Source of the DNA: Paraspadella gotoi
Taxonomy: Eukaryota; Animalia; Chaetognatha
Direction: 5' to 3'
NCBI GenBank assembly: GCA_051294375.1
Contig: CM119270.1
Coordinates: 17,233,904-17,297,903 of the forward strand
DNA length: 64,000 bases
Both the position numbers and the translations under genes were made by a program. Numbering within the stretch: position 1 is the stretch's first letter; each line of letters begins with the position of its first letter. Positions 12,573 to 26,490 of the stretch are shown here, one piece after another. The notes beneath the pieces are model-generated. The model was not told where the DNA came from and searched no databases. It was given only the letters and a program-made list of their open reading frames with translations.

Positions 12573-15500
12573 ATGATTGTCGTCGTCGTCATATCGATCG
12601 TCATGATCATTTCGTACGTCGTCATCCACCGGTTATCTAACGTCATGATCGTCGTCGTCATCGTCGTCGTCGTCATCGTCGTCGGTTGTCATCGTCGTCG
12701 TCTCATCGTCATGATTGTTCGTCGCGTCCGTCATCGTCCGTAATCGTCATGATTGTCCATCGTCGTCGTCGTCATGATTGTCGTCGTCGTCAAATCATCA
12801 ATCGTCATGATCATCGTCGTCGTCACAACGTTATCAACGTCATGATCGTGTCGTCTATCGGTCGTCGTTTGTCATCGTCGTCGTTGTCATGTCGTCGTCA
12901 TATCGTCATGATTGTCGTCGTCGTCGTGCAATCGGGTCGTCATCGTTCATGAATTGTCATCGTCGTCGTCGTCATGATTGTCGTCGTCGTCCATCAGTCA
13001 TCGTCATGATCATCGTGTCGTCATCAACGTATCAACGTCAGATCGTCGTCGTCATCGTCGTCGTCGTCATCGTCGTCGTTGTCATCGTCGTCGTCAAATC
13101 ATGTCGAATGTGATTGTCGTCGTCGTCGTCATCGTCATCATCGTCATGATTGGTCATCGTCCGTCATCCCGTCATATTGTCGTCGTCGGTCACATCATCG
13201 TCATGATCATCGTCCGTCGTCATCAACGTTATCAAAACGTCATGATCGTCGTCCGTCATCGTCCGTGCGTCGTCATCGTCGTCGTTGTCATGCGTCGATC
13301 GTCATCATCTCAGATTGTCGTCGTCGTCGTCATCGTCGTCATTCGGTCATGATTGTCATCGTCGTCGTCGTCATGATTGTCGTCGTCGTCATCATCATCG
13401 TCATGATGCATCGAGATACGTCGTCATCAAGCGTTATCAACGTCATGATGTCGTCGTCATCGTCACGGTCGTCTGTCATCGTCGTCCGTTGTCATTCGTG
13501 TCGTCATCATCGTCATGATTGTCGTCGTCGTCATCTGTCGTCATCCGTCATGGATTGTCATCGTCGTCGTCGTCATGATTGTCCGTGTCGTCTCATCATC
13601 GACATGATCATCGTCGTCGTCATCAACGTTAATCAACGTCATGAATCGTCGTCGTCATCGTCGTCCGTCGTCAATCGTCGTCGTTGTCCATCGTCGTCGT
13701 CATCCATCGTCATGAATTGTCGTCGTCGCGTCATCGTCGTCATCGGTCATGATTGTCATCGTCGTCGTCGTCATGATTGTCGTACGTCGTCATCATCATC
13801 GTCCATGATCATCGTCGTCGTCATCAACAGTATCAACGTCATGATCGTCGTCGTCATCGTCTTTTCGTCGTCATCGTCGTCGTTGTCATCGTCGTCGTCA
13901 TCATCGTCATGAATTTGTCCGTACGTCGTCGTCATGTCGTCATCGTCATGATTGTCAAATCGGTCGTCGTCGTCCATGAATTGTCGTCGTCGTCACATCA
14001 TCGTCATGATCATCGGGTCGTCATCAACAGTTATCACAAGCGTCATGATCGTCGTCGTCATCGTCGTCGTCGGTCATCGTCGGTCGTTGTCATCGTCGTC
14101 CGTCATCATCGTCCATGATTGTCGTCGTCGTCGTCATCGTCGTCATCGTCATGATTGTCCTCGTCGTCGTCGTCATGATTGTCGTCGTCATCAACGTTAT
14201 CAACGTCATGATCGTCCGTCGGGTCATCGTCGTCGTCGTCCATCGGTCGTCGTTGTCATCGTAGTCGTCATCATCGTCCAAGATTGTCGTCGTCGTCGTC
14301 ACGTCGTCATCGTCAATGATTGTCATCGTCGTCGTCGTCTGATTGTCGTCGTCGTCATCAATCAAATGTCATGATCATCGTCGTCGTCATCAACGTTATC
14401 CACGTCAATGAATCGGTCGTCGTCAATCGTCGTCGTCGTCATCGTCGTCGTTGTCATCGTCGTCGTCATATCGTCAATGAATTGTCGTCGTCGTCGCCAT
14501 CGTAAGTCATCGTCATGATTGTCATCGTCAGTCTGTCGTCATATTGTCGTCGTCGTCATCAATCATCGTCATGATCATACGTCGTCCGTCCATCAACGTA
14601 TCAACGTCATGAAATCGTCCGTCCGTCATCGTCGTCGTCGTTCGTCGTCTGCATCGTCGTCCTCATCGTCATGATTGTCGTCGTCGTTCGTCATCGTCCG
14701 TTCATCGTCATGATTGTCTACGTCGTCGTCGTCATGATTGTCGTTCGTCTCATCATCGTCCATGATCAATCCGTCGTCGTCATCAACGTTATCAACGTCA
14801 TGATTCGTCGTCGTCATCGTCGTCATCGTCGTCGTTGTCATCGTCGTCGTCATCAATCGTCAATGATTGTCGTCGTCGTTCGTGATCAGTCGTCCCTCGT
14901 CAATGTTGTTCATCGTCGTCGCGGTCATGATTGTCGTCGTCGTCATCATCATCGTCATGATCATACGTCGATCGTCATAAACGTTATCAACAAGTCATGA
15001 TCGTCGTCGTCATCGTCGTCGTCGTCATCGTCGTCGTTGTCATCGTCGTCGTCATCATCGTCCATGATTTGTCCGTCGTCGTCGTCAATCGTCGTCATCG
15101 TCATGAATTGTCATCGTCGTCTGAATTTGGTCGTCGTCGTCATCATCATCGTCATGATCATCGTCGTCGTATCAACGTTATCAACGTCATATCGTCGTCG
15201 TCCATCCGTCGGCGGTCATCGTCGTCGTTGTCATCGTCGTCGTCATCAATCGTCATGATTGTTCGTCGTCGTCGTCATCGTCGTCAATCGTCATGAATTG
15301 TCATCGTCGTTCGTCGTCAATGATTGCGTCGTCGTCATCAATCATCGTCATGATCATCGTCGTCGTCAATCAACGTTATCAACGTCATGATCGTCGTCGT
15401 CATCGTCGTGCGTTCGTCACGTCGTCGTTGTCATCGTCGTCGTCTATCATCGTGCATGATTGTCGTCGTCGTCCGTAATCGTCCGTCATCGTCATGATTG

Positions 15501-17200
15501 TCATCGTCGTCGTCGTCATGAATTGTCCGTCGTCGTCATCATCATCCGTCATGATCATTCGTCGTCGTCATCAACGTTATCAACGTCATGATCGTCGTCG
15601 TCATCGTCGCGTCGTCATCCGTCGTCGTTGTCATCCGTCGTCGCATCATCGTCATGATTTGTCGTCGTCGTTTCGTCATCGTCGTCATCGTCCATGATTG
15701 TCATCGTGTCGTCGTCATGATTGTCGTCGTCGTCATCAATCATCGTCATGATCATCCGCGTCGTCCACAACGTTTTCAACCGTCATGATCGTCGTCGTCA
15801 TCGTCTGTCTCGTCATCCGTCGCGTTGTTCAATCGTCGTCGTCATCATCGTCATGATTGTCGTGCCGTCGTCCGTCTCGTCGTCATCCGTCATGAATTGT
15901 CATCGTCGTCTCGTCATGATTGTCGTCGTCGTCCATCAATCATGCGTCATGATCATCGTCGTCGTCATCCAACTTATCACAGCTCGATGATGCGTCGGCG
16001 TCATCGTCCGTCGTCGTCATCGTCGTCGGTTGTCATCGTCGGTCGTCAATCAATTCGTATGATTGTCGTCGTCATCGGTCGTCATCGTCATGATTGTCCA
16101 TCGTCGTCGTCCGTCATGATTTGTCGTCGTCGTCAATCATCATCGTCATGATCATCGTCGTCGTCTCAACGTTATCAACGTCATGATCGTCGTCGTCATC
16201 GTCGTCGTCGTCATCGTCGTCCGTTGTCATCGTCGTCGTCATCATCGCATGATTGTCCGGTCGTCGTCGTCATCCGTCGTCCAATCGTCATGATTGTCAT
16301 CGTCCGTCCCGTCGTCATGATTGTCCGTCGTCGTCATCATCTCATCGTACATGCATCATCGTCGTCGTACAATCAACGTTATCTAAACGTCAATGATCGT
16401 CGTCGTCATCGTCGTCCGTCGTCATTCGTCGTCGTTGTCATCGTCGTCGTCTCATCGTCATGATGTCGTCGTGTCTGTCATCGTCGTCATCGTCATGATT
16501 GTCATCGTCGTCGCTGTCCATGATTGTCGTCGGTCGTCAATCATCATCGTCATGATCATCGTTCCGTCGTCATCAACGTTATGCAAACGTCATATCGTCG
16601 TCGTCATCTCGTCGTCGTCGTCAAATCGTCGTCGTTGTCATCGTCGTCGTCATCATCGTCATGATTGTCGTGTCGTCGTCATCGTCGTCATCTTGCATCT
16701 ATGTATTTGCCAATCTGTTCCGTCGTCTGTCATGATTGTCGTCGTCGTCATCAAGTGCGATCGGCCACTCGCACTCACTCGCGTCGTCGTCATCACGCTC
16801 TTCATCTAACGCGATGATGCAGTCGTCTATCGTCGGTTCTGACGGTCATCGTCGCGCTCTCTCGCTCTCGTGTCGTTCTTGTTATACATTGCGCCATGAT
16901 AGGTCGTCCGTCGCTCTGTGCTATGCGTCGTCATGATTGTCATGCGTCGTCGTCGTCATGATTGTCCGTCGTCGGCGAATCATTCACGTCATGATCGGTG
17001 GCGTCGTCATGCGGGGACAAATTTCCCGAGAGTCGCATCATCCGTCTATGATGTTCGTTCGTCGATCGTCCGTCGTCGTCATTCCCGATCACGTTCATGG
17101 ATTGTCCGTCGTCATTCATCATCGTCGTCGTCCATATCATCTTCGTTGCATCTTCATCATACGTCGCCACCTTCGTCATTGATCATGTCATCATCTTTCC
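12573..17200. repeat. Tandem satellite, ~197-bp higher-order unit built from GTC/ATC triplets, ~21 copies plus degenerate tail
   Basis: Marker caacgttatcaacgtcatgatc recurs about every 197 bp (12827, 13225, 14391, 14784, 15371, 15572, 16167...) with scattered indels. Confidence 0.9.
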
Positions 17201-17858
17201 GTGTCAACTTTACATCCTTGTTGTCTTAAAATGTTTTATGTTCCGTTGTCCGCTGTTACCGTCNNNNNNNNNNNNNNNNNNNNNNNNNAACCCGAATAAC
17301 AATAAAAAGAATTAGATAAGAAAAACAGATGACCTTTTTTTTTCAGATGACGACGACGACGACGACGACGGGGAACGACGACGACGACGACGATAATGAC
17401 AACGACGATCGTGGCGTCGCAAGATTGCGTAAAAGAAAATAGAAGGAAAGGAAAGGATTTGTTTATTGACAAATTTGGTGGTCGAATCCGCCACCGACTC
17501 ACGGAGTTTCAGTGAGAGGAAAAAAAAAGGAGATNNNNNNNNNNGTGAGAGGAAAAAAAAGGAGATGAAAGCTTTTTTTTTGAGTCGTTTCTTTTTTTTT
17601 TTGCCTCAGATGACATCTGTTAAAACTATTATATATGTATGTATTATATATGTATTGTGTATGTATTATATATATGTATAATTTACCATATAAGGATCGT
17701 ATTTCCCTAACGTCACACGAGGTCACAATTTCGATACACTTTACTACTAAAGTATTATTGTTTATTGAATGAATGAATAATTTTATATTGATTATACAAA
17801 TACATAGCTTCAATACTTTACCATATGCTGACTTTAATTCTCTGTTCTTAATCTTTGT

Positions 17859-17890
<32 letters not shown>

Positions 17891-18135
17891 TCNNNNNNNN
17901 NNNNNNNNNNNNNNNNNNNNNNNNNNNNNNNNNNNNNNNNNNNNNNNNNNNNNNNNNNNNNNNNNNNNNNNNNNNNNNNNNNNNNNNNNNNNNNNNNNNN
18001 NNNNNNNNNNNNNNNNNNNNNNNNNNNNNNNNNNNNNNNNNNNNNNNNNNNNNNNNNNNNNNNNNNNNNNNNNNNNNNNNNNNNNNNNNNNNNNNNNNNN
18101 NNNNNNNNNNNNNNNNNNNNNNNNNNNNNNNNNNN

Positions 18136-18167
<32 letters not shown>

Positions 18168-18251
18168 TGAAGATTTCGACGATAAAGATGACGACGACGA
18201 TAATGAAGACGGCGATGAGAACGACTCTGACCGTAACGATGTGGACATCTT

Positions 18252-18325
<74 letters not shown>

Positions 18326-18401
18326 TACCGCCGCCATTGCCCTGCAGATAATATCGAAAACGAGGCGAACAAACAAAAGATAATTCTGTGTCGGATAAAC
18401 G
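18136..18401 (+). CDS. Candidate low-complexity exon (poly-Asp then poly-Pro) of an unknown gene
   Basis: Frame DDDEDFDDKDDDDDNEDGDENDSDRNDVDILP(P)n; one indel would continue it as ADNIENEANKQKIILCRIN; the inverted copy suggests an upstream cccag|SFLGQQQQQSSKDEIVW start; no homology recognised. Confidence 0.25.
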
Positions 18402-20458
18402 GTGTGTGGTCATTAGCCAATGGCGAATGTCTGTCGATTATCTGTCGGGTCATTTACACTTTTGTCCGGAGAACAAAACTGATGCAATGGTGGTCATTGG
18501 TCACTGGTCACTGCCCACTGTCAAGAAAAATATTTTTTTTCTGGGCGAAGAAACGCGATATTTTTGTCAGTCCAATTTATGAAAGGTAAAGAATTAAACT
18601 TGTGAAATTAAGTCAAAAGTAAATTTTCGTTAAAACACGTTCATTATTTCGCGAAACACGAAAATTTTTTTAACTTTTAAATTTAATTAGTTTTCAATGT
18701 TTTGAGCTAATTAAGCCAAAGTAAAAATTTTCATTTCGGGTAAAAGATTGGAAAGCTTTTGATGTTGTCTTTTGTTTTCTTTTTTTTTCTCCATCGAAAT
18801 TCGAAATCAATTAAATCCACCAGGTGACGGACGAGGTCGGATTTTGAACAAAAAAATAATTAAATCTGTTTTCTTTTCACTATACATTAAATATAAACTA
18901 ACAAAAACAACGAAACCCGTACATAACAACAACAACAACATTCTTTATCCGATCACAATTTCCAACTTTCTCCTAATTTTGGAAAACTTCCTCGAAAAGA
19001 ATAAAAGGATCGACGGGTCGAACCTGATCCAAAATGTTGTCCCTGTCTTCATTCCATTCATCTTCTTTAATCTTTATTATTACTCTGAAAATCGCTTTCT
19101 CTTTCATTTTCTTTTTTCCCTCGAATAGAAATAAAACAAAATTTAGATTTTACTTCGTTCAAGCGCTTTGGTGAAAAATGTTTATCAAGTTTTTAAATAA
19201 AAAATAATTTTTATATTTAAAAAAAAATTACTAGTCAACTTGAATAAGATAGCTATATACTTATTTTTTAGAATTTAAATTAAAATAATCAAAATAATTA
19301 TATTTATTAAATCTATAACAAATAATAAATACTATTCATCAGATAATCTTTAACCTTATGAAATTGGTACAACCAATATATATATATCTATATATATATA
19401 TATATTTTAAATAAATTTTACAAAAAGTTATCAAAGTGGTATTTTGAACAAAGAAAAAGAGCGCTCTCACGAAGTCGCACGCTTGATTTCCGATTCTGGA
19501 TTTTGTTGCACGCGAAATAAAAAGGGAAGAGACGAGAAAACAAAAGAGCATCGATGAAGGGAGATGCAAAGAGATCGAAGATCGGATAACGCCATCCACG
19601 AAACAACGGAAAGATCTTCCTTCTTCTTTTTTTTCTCAGGATCCGTTGATCTTTTGTTCCTTACCTTTTTTTCATTTCATCGGTTCCCCCCCCACCTCAC
19701 CTTTTCAGTTTTCAGTTGTCTCTTCCATCGCTTCGTCATTGTCCTTACCTCCTTTGCCAAGTCCGTCATTGTGTTGTTCGGGGAACAAAGACTTTGTCTT
19801 CCTTTTTGAGATAATAATTTTTTTTTAGTTGTGAGGTGGTAAAACGACGCTAGCGGTTACGTATTATTAAAAAAAGTTTTTAAATAAATAAAAAAAAATT
19901 ACAATATTGAAAATAAAAAAAAAGTAAATATATAATTTTTTATTATTTATTTTTCTTTGTAAATTTTTTTGATAAAAAAGAAAAGTTTAATACATAAACT
20001 CAACTATGAAAAGGTTTGGATTAAAATTTTATAATTATTATTATTTTGTAAGAAGGATGAAGGCTATAATACTCCATAGCCTATCTTAAGTCAGGGGCAA
20101 AATAGATTATTAATTAAATAAATATTCATTTTCTGAATTATTTTTACTAATTTGATTTATAATTTAGATTTTTAAATATATTTATAGTTTTTGATTCCTT
20201 CTAATTTAAAACAACGTTGAACAATCTCGGCCGCCGCCACTGGTTTCGCTTTTCATCGATTTTTCTCTTTCATCTGATTCAGTTAATTTTTTTTCTTCCA
20301 TTTTTTCGTTGTTTTTGTTTTCATCCTTCCTTTGTTTTATTTTCGGCCGCTCGGGGAAACAAAGGGAGAGAGAGAGAGAGAGAGAGAGAAAGGGAGAGAA
20401 TGAGACATCCAATCCATTAATATATTGATATCAACTGGTTTGGAAAAACAAATCTCAG

Positions 20459-20474
20459 ATTTCAGGGCGGATAA

Positions 20475-20522
<48 letters not shown>

Positions 20523-20622
20523 TAACTCGGTGGGTCAATCTCGCCTCAATTGCGCTGGATGCGTCCGAATTACGACATCGAGGGCTGATGCTGCTGCTTC
20601 TGCTGCAGCGGAGGAGGATTAA
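20459..20622 (+). CDS. Candidate terminal exon with poly-Ala (FRADNVAAAA...NSVGQSRLNCAGCVRITTSRADAAASAAAEED*)
   Basis: tctcag| acceptor, GC-rich open frame ending in TAA, AATAAA at 20653; no homology recognised. Confidence 0.22.
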
Positions 20623-20807
20623 TGAAGCCAAAAATATTAATCAAGTATAAAGAATAAATCCAAAGCGTCGTTTTTAAACAATGTTTATGTATTTTCTATT
20701 GACAAAATACATTACAACATTAAAACTGTTTATACTTCTGCGCAGATTTAACATTTTTAATCAAACGAAGAAAGTTGACATTTCTTTGCGTTAAATCTTA
20801 TCGATCT

Positions 20808-20865
<58 letters not shown>

Positions 20866-21737
20866 AGAAAGAGGGGGAGAAAGAGAGAGAAAATCGGATA
20901 AGAAAGGTACTTTTTCTTTTTCCATTGTGATACTGTGTTATATTTGAAGTTGTCACTTAACTAAAAAGTTGGCTTATTACGTTGTGTTTGTTTTGCCTGA
21001 TAAGGTGACACGACAAAGCCTTTTTAGTTTCTTTCGCTAAAAAGTCTTAAACTTTTTTTGCTCAAATTTCGTGATTTTTTTTTTTTTCGAGATATAAACA
21101 TAAAATGTCAATTCTCCGTGAAGTTTGTTTGTTTGAACATTTATTTGTATTAAAAAACGAGCAAGAGATTCGTCCAGTAAAAATTAAAAAAAAAAATTAT
21201 TCGTATATCACCTGAAATTTTGTACTCGATACCCGTTATTGACTTCCATGTTTTGACATGTCAATGTTGGTAAAATTTTTGTTAATTTGTTAATTAGGAA
21301 TCGTTTAGAAATGCGGAGTTTGGGGGGGGGGGAAAGTGGAGGGGGGAGCAAGAGTGGAAAGCGCCGATTTTTTATCCTGTTGTGTATCGAGGCGGAGAAA
21401 AGGAGGAAAGGTAAACCTAAGTCTTTTTAAACAATCGACCTCAGGATTTTTTTTCTTTTTCCTTCAAACAAACAACTTTCTCTTTTTTCTTCCCCTTTAC
21501 TTTACTTACCCACGATCTCGCTTCGGCCTCACCCTTTAGTCCCGAGTCGGGGAAATTACACTCTCCACCTTTTTTTTGATTCGAGCCTCACCTCGACTTA
21601 CCTCGTCTCGCGAATCTCCATCGAGTAAGTTTCTTTATTGTGGTCGTCGTCGTCGTCGTCGTCGTCGTTCTTTTTCCAAAATCCGCCCCCATTGAATTCA
21701 GTGTCAACTTGGTTGACGACTTTGGCGCCAGAGGGAC

Positions 21738-21774
<37 letters not shown>

Positions 21775-21857
21775 TACCCCTGATTAGCTTTACAAAGTCT
21801 CGAAACCACGAAGGTCAACACAAATGTTTGGTTTCAATCAGAATTCGTGTCTGAACT

Positions 21858-22146
21858 AACAAGATCGGTTCATCTAATGTGTCTGCGCCCGCAGTGACGC
21901 TTTATTTTTATGAGTATTTCTCGTTACATGACATGACATAAGGCGACATAACATGACGACATGACTACAATAACTTTCTTAGCTTGTGTATTTATGACAC
22001 TCACTGCATCGGAATTCCGTCTTTTATTCTTTATAGTTTTAGGATTTCCTGTAGGCGGCGCTAGCAGTCCCTTAGATTTGACAGACCGACCGAAAAGTGA
22101 CTAATAGAGTTGCTCCGCGATTACTAGCCGCGCAACTAAAAAAAAA
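21858..22146 (+). mobile_element. Short non-autonomous repeat, HINE/DINE-1 (Helentron-associated)-like
   Basis: Starts aacaagatcggttc..., ends gacagaccgaccgaaaagtgact(a)atagagttgctccgcga...gcgcaact(A)n hairpin; homologous copies at 24792, 28858, 62041 and 63073. Confidence 0.6.
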
Positions 22147-23612
22147 GGTAAATTTTGTTTTCTTTACTAGCCCGTTTGATAATTGAGTCAACTGACAATG
22201 TTTAAAAGAAATAAAACTTTTTCTTGTGGAGTCGAGATTAAAATTATTATCAATTTATTGCCGGTAGATTATAACCGCAAGAAATATTGCGCGGAAAATT
22301 AAAATATTATTCAGTAGATTAGACTTTAGGCTATTACTTGACTAAGCATTGATAATATTATTTTACCNNNNNNNNNNNNNNNNNNNNNNNNNNNNNNNNN
22401 NNNNNNNNNNNNNNNNNNNNNNNNNNNNNNNNNNNNNNNNNNNNNNNNNNNNNNNNNNNNNNNNNNNNNNNNNNNNNNNNNNNNNNNNNNNNNNNNNNNN
22501 NNNNNNNNNNNNNNNNNNNNNNNNNNNNNNNNNNNNNNNNNNNNNNNNNNNNNNNNNNNNNNNNNNNNNNNNNNNNNNNNNNNNNNNNNNNNNNNNNNAG
22601 AAAAAAAAAGAGGAGTAGAGGATCGAGAGGAGGAAGGATGAAGAGAGAAGCGACATTTGGATTCAAAAACGCGACGACGACGTCGGACGTGGAGGAGGAA
22701 GAGGAAGAGGAGAAACGGCATTTGTTTTTTTTTTNNNNNNNNNNNNNNNNNNNNNNNNNNNNNNNNNNNNNNNNNNNNNNNNNNNNNNNNNNNNNNNNNN
22801 NNNNNNNNNNNNNNNNNNNNNNNNNNNNNNNNNNNNNNNNNNNNNNNNNNNNNNNNNNNNNNNNNNNNNNNNNNNNNNNNNNNNNNNNNNNNNNNNNNNN
22901 NNNNNNNNNNNNNNNNNNNNNNNNNNNNNNNNNNNNNNNNNNNNNNNNNNNNNNNNNNNNNNNNNNNNNNNNNNNNNNNNNNNNNNNNNNNNNNNNNNNN
23001 NNNNNNNNNNNNNNNNNNNNNNNNNNNNNNNNNNNNNNNNNNNNNNNNNNNNNNNNNNNNNNNNNNNNNNNNNNNNNNNNNNNNNNNNNNNNNNNNNNNN
23101 NNNNNNNNNNNNNNNNNNNNNNNNNNNNNNNNNNNNNNNNNNNNNNNNNNNNNNNNNNNNNNNNNNNNNNNNNNNNNNNNNNNNNNNNNNNNNNNNNNNN
23201 NNNNNNNNNNNNNNNNNNNNNNNNNNNNNNNNNNNNNNNNNNNNNCGCCGCCACAAAAACTTCAATCAAAAGCGGAAAAAGTTGCCTTTGATCCTCGGAA
23301 CAGAAAAAAAAAGAAAGAAAAAATTGGAGATAATAAAAANNNNNNNNNNNNNNNNNNNNNNNNNNNNNNNNNNNNNNNNNNNNNNNNNNNNNNNNNNNNN
23401 NNNNNNNNNNNNNNNNNNNNNNNNNNNNNNNNNNNNNNNNNNNNNNNNNNNNNNNNNNNNNNNNNNNNNNNNNNNNNNNNNNNNNNNNNNNNNNNNNNNN
23501 NNNNNNNNNNNNNNNNNNNNNNNNNNNNNNNNNNNNNNNNNNNNNNNNNNNNNNNNNNNNNNNNNNNNNNNNNNNNNNNNNNNNNNNNNNNNNNNNNNNN
23601 NNNNNNNNNNGA

Positions 23613-23646
<34 letters not shown>

Positions 23647-23769
23647 AAAGCTATGATATTAGTACAACCAATATCGAAATTATTCATTCATTCAACAAAA
23701 ANNNNNNNNNNNNNNNNNNNNNNNNNGTATATAAACTATACTACTACTTTTTTCTTTTCCATTGCTGGA

Positions 23770-24661
23770 ACTGTGTTATATTTGAAGTTGTCACTTAACT
23801 TAAGAAGTTGGTTATTACGTTTGGTTTGTTTTGCCTGGATAGGTGACACGACAAAGCCTGTTTTATTTCTTTCGCTAAAAAGTCTCTTAGAATTTTTGCT
23901 CAAATTTCGTGGATTTTTTTTTTTTTTTTTCGAGATATAAACATTAAAATGTCAATATGCTCCGTGAAGTTTGTTTGTTTGAACATTTATTTGTATTAAA
24001 AAAACGACAAAGAGATTCGTCCAGTAAAAATAAAAAAAAAAAATTATTCGTATATCACCTGAAATTTTGTACTCGATACCCGTTTATTGACTTCCATGTT
24101 TTGACATGTCAATGTTGGTAAAATTTTTGTTAAATGTTAATTAGAAACGTTTTAGAATGCGGAGTTTGGGGGGGGGGGGGGGAAAGTGGAGGGGGGAGCA
24201 AGAGTAAGTGGAGGGGGGAAGGGGAGGAGAGAGCGGAAAAGCGCCGATTTTTATCCTGTTGTTGTATCGAAGGCGGAGAGGGAGGAGGGAAAAAAGGAAG
24301 GGAAAGGTAAACCTAAGTTTTTTTTAAACAATCGACCTCAGGAGTTTTTTTTTCTTTTTCCTTCAAACAACAACTTTCTCTTTTCTTTCCCCGTTTACTT
24401 TACTACCACGATCTCCGGCGCTTCCGGCCTCAGCCCCTTTTAGTCCCGAGTCGCGGGAACATTACACCTCTCCACCTTTTTTTTGATTCGAGCCTCACCT
24501 CGACTTACTCGTCTCCGCGAATCTCCATACGAGTAAGTTTCTTTATTGTGCGTCGTCGTCGTTCGTCGTCGTCGTCGTCGTCGTTCTTTTTTTCCAAAAT
24601 CCGCCCCCATTTGAATTCTATGTGTCAAACTTGGTTTGACGAACTTTGGCGCCAGAGGGAC

Positions 24662-24705
<44 letters not shown>

Positions 24706-25804
24706 ATTTGATACCTGATAGCGCTTTACAAAGTCTCGAAACAGAAGGTCACACAAATTTTGCAATCAGAATTCGTGTATTCTGAAACTCTAAACAAGAT
24801 CGGTTCATCTAATGTGTTGCGCCGCAGTGACTTTATTTTTATGAGTATTTCTCGTTACATGACATGGGACATAAGGCGAACATAACATGACGACATGACT
24901 ACAATAACTTTCTTAGCTTGTGTTATTTATGACACTCACTGCACGCGAATTCCGTCTCTTATTCCTTTATAGTTTTAGGATTTCCTGTAGGCGGCTCTAG
25001 CAGCTCCCTTAGATTTGACAGACCGACCGAAAAAAGTGATAATAGAGTTGCTCCGCGAGACTAGGCCCGCGCAACTAAAAAAAAGGTTAAATTTTGTTTT
25101 CTTACAAGCCCGCTTGATAATTGAGTCAACGACAATGTTTAAAAGAATAAAACTTTTTCTTGTGGAGTCGAGATTTAAAATTATTAATCAATTTATTGCC
25201 CGGTAGGATTATAACCGCAAGAGATTTATTGCTGCGGAAAATTTAAAGATTTATTCAGTAGATTAGACTTAGGCTTATTACTTGACTAGAGCATGATAAT
25301 TATTATTTTACCATAAGTTTGAAATCCCCGAATAGAAAAATAATCACGAATCGTTCAATTAAGCGTTCCTTTTTGAAAAAACTTCTGGCGTCCCACAGAC
25401 CAATCGTGACTTGGAGAAAGGCGGGCGGTGTGGGGTGGGGGGGAAGTCGGAGGGAAAAAGGGCTCTCGAGATTGAAGGTATCGTAGATAAGTGGAGGAAA
25501 GAGGAAAGAAAAGAGAAAGGAATAGTACTAAAAGAAAAAAAAAAAAAAAGAGGAGTAGAGGATCGAGAGGAGGAGGATGAAGAGAAGAAGCGAACATTTG
25601 GATTTCAAAACGCGGACGACGACCCGCTCGGGACTGGGAGGAGGAAGAGGAAGGGAGAAACGGCATTTGTTGTTTTTTTTTTTTTCGTTATTCGCGAAAG
25701 TTGACGCGCAAGATTGAGAGCGCTGCGATCGCCGATCGCTGTCAAATAGTGTGGAGTTATTATCAATGATGAAAAACAAACTAACGAAAATTAAGAGAGA
25801 GAGA

Positions 25805-25835
<31 letters not shown>

Positions 25836-26459
25836 CGAGAGAGAGAGCAGCGAGAGAGAGAGAGAGAGAGAGAGAGAATGATGAAAATAATAAACAATTA
25901 CATCGATTCATGGAAGAAATCAATTAATCAAACAAAAACATTCATAATCAAATTCATTTATCGACTCCAATGAGTCACTGTTTTGCTTCTATCTGCCCAC
26001 TCACCAGCAATCGACGAAGTCAAACACGATTTCGTACAGATTTGCGTTACACACACACACACTCTCTCTCTTCTCTCTCCTCCTCTGTTCTCTCATTCAC
26101 GCTCCAAAGTTTCCAGATAAGGAGTCGCGCTGAAACAAACCGCGCCACAAAAACTTCAATCAAAAGCGGAAAAAGTTGCCTTTGATCCTCGGAACAGAAA
26201 AAAAAAAAGAAAGAAAAATATGGAGATAATAAAAAAGAAAGAAAGAAAAAAAGAAATATATCTAAAAAAAAAAAAAAAAAAAAAGAAAAAAAGGGGGAAA
26301 AAAGAAAAAAAAAAAAAAAAGGGTATATAAAGGCGCCGACAAGATTTCTGTAATTGTTTCTGTGTTTGTGAGTTTGGAAGAAAAAACAAACCAAAGATAT
26401 GAGCGGGGGTGTGAGAGAGAGAAGAGAGAGAGAGAGAGAGACGAGGAGAGAGGAGAGAG

Positions 26460-26490
<31 letters not shown>

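Larger units (their letters stand above)
17289..21690 (+). repeat. Right (generally cleaner) arm of the inverted duplication
   Basis: Reverse complement of 6477-11205; begins at a 25-N gap. Confidence 0.9.

Noticed and set aside
12686-17315. Numerous + strand Arg/His-, Ser- or Val/Ile-rich ORFs
   Set aside because: Alternative frames of the GTC/ATC satellite, fragmented by indels
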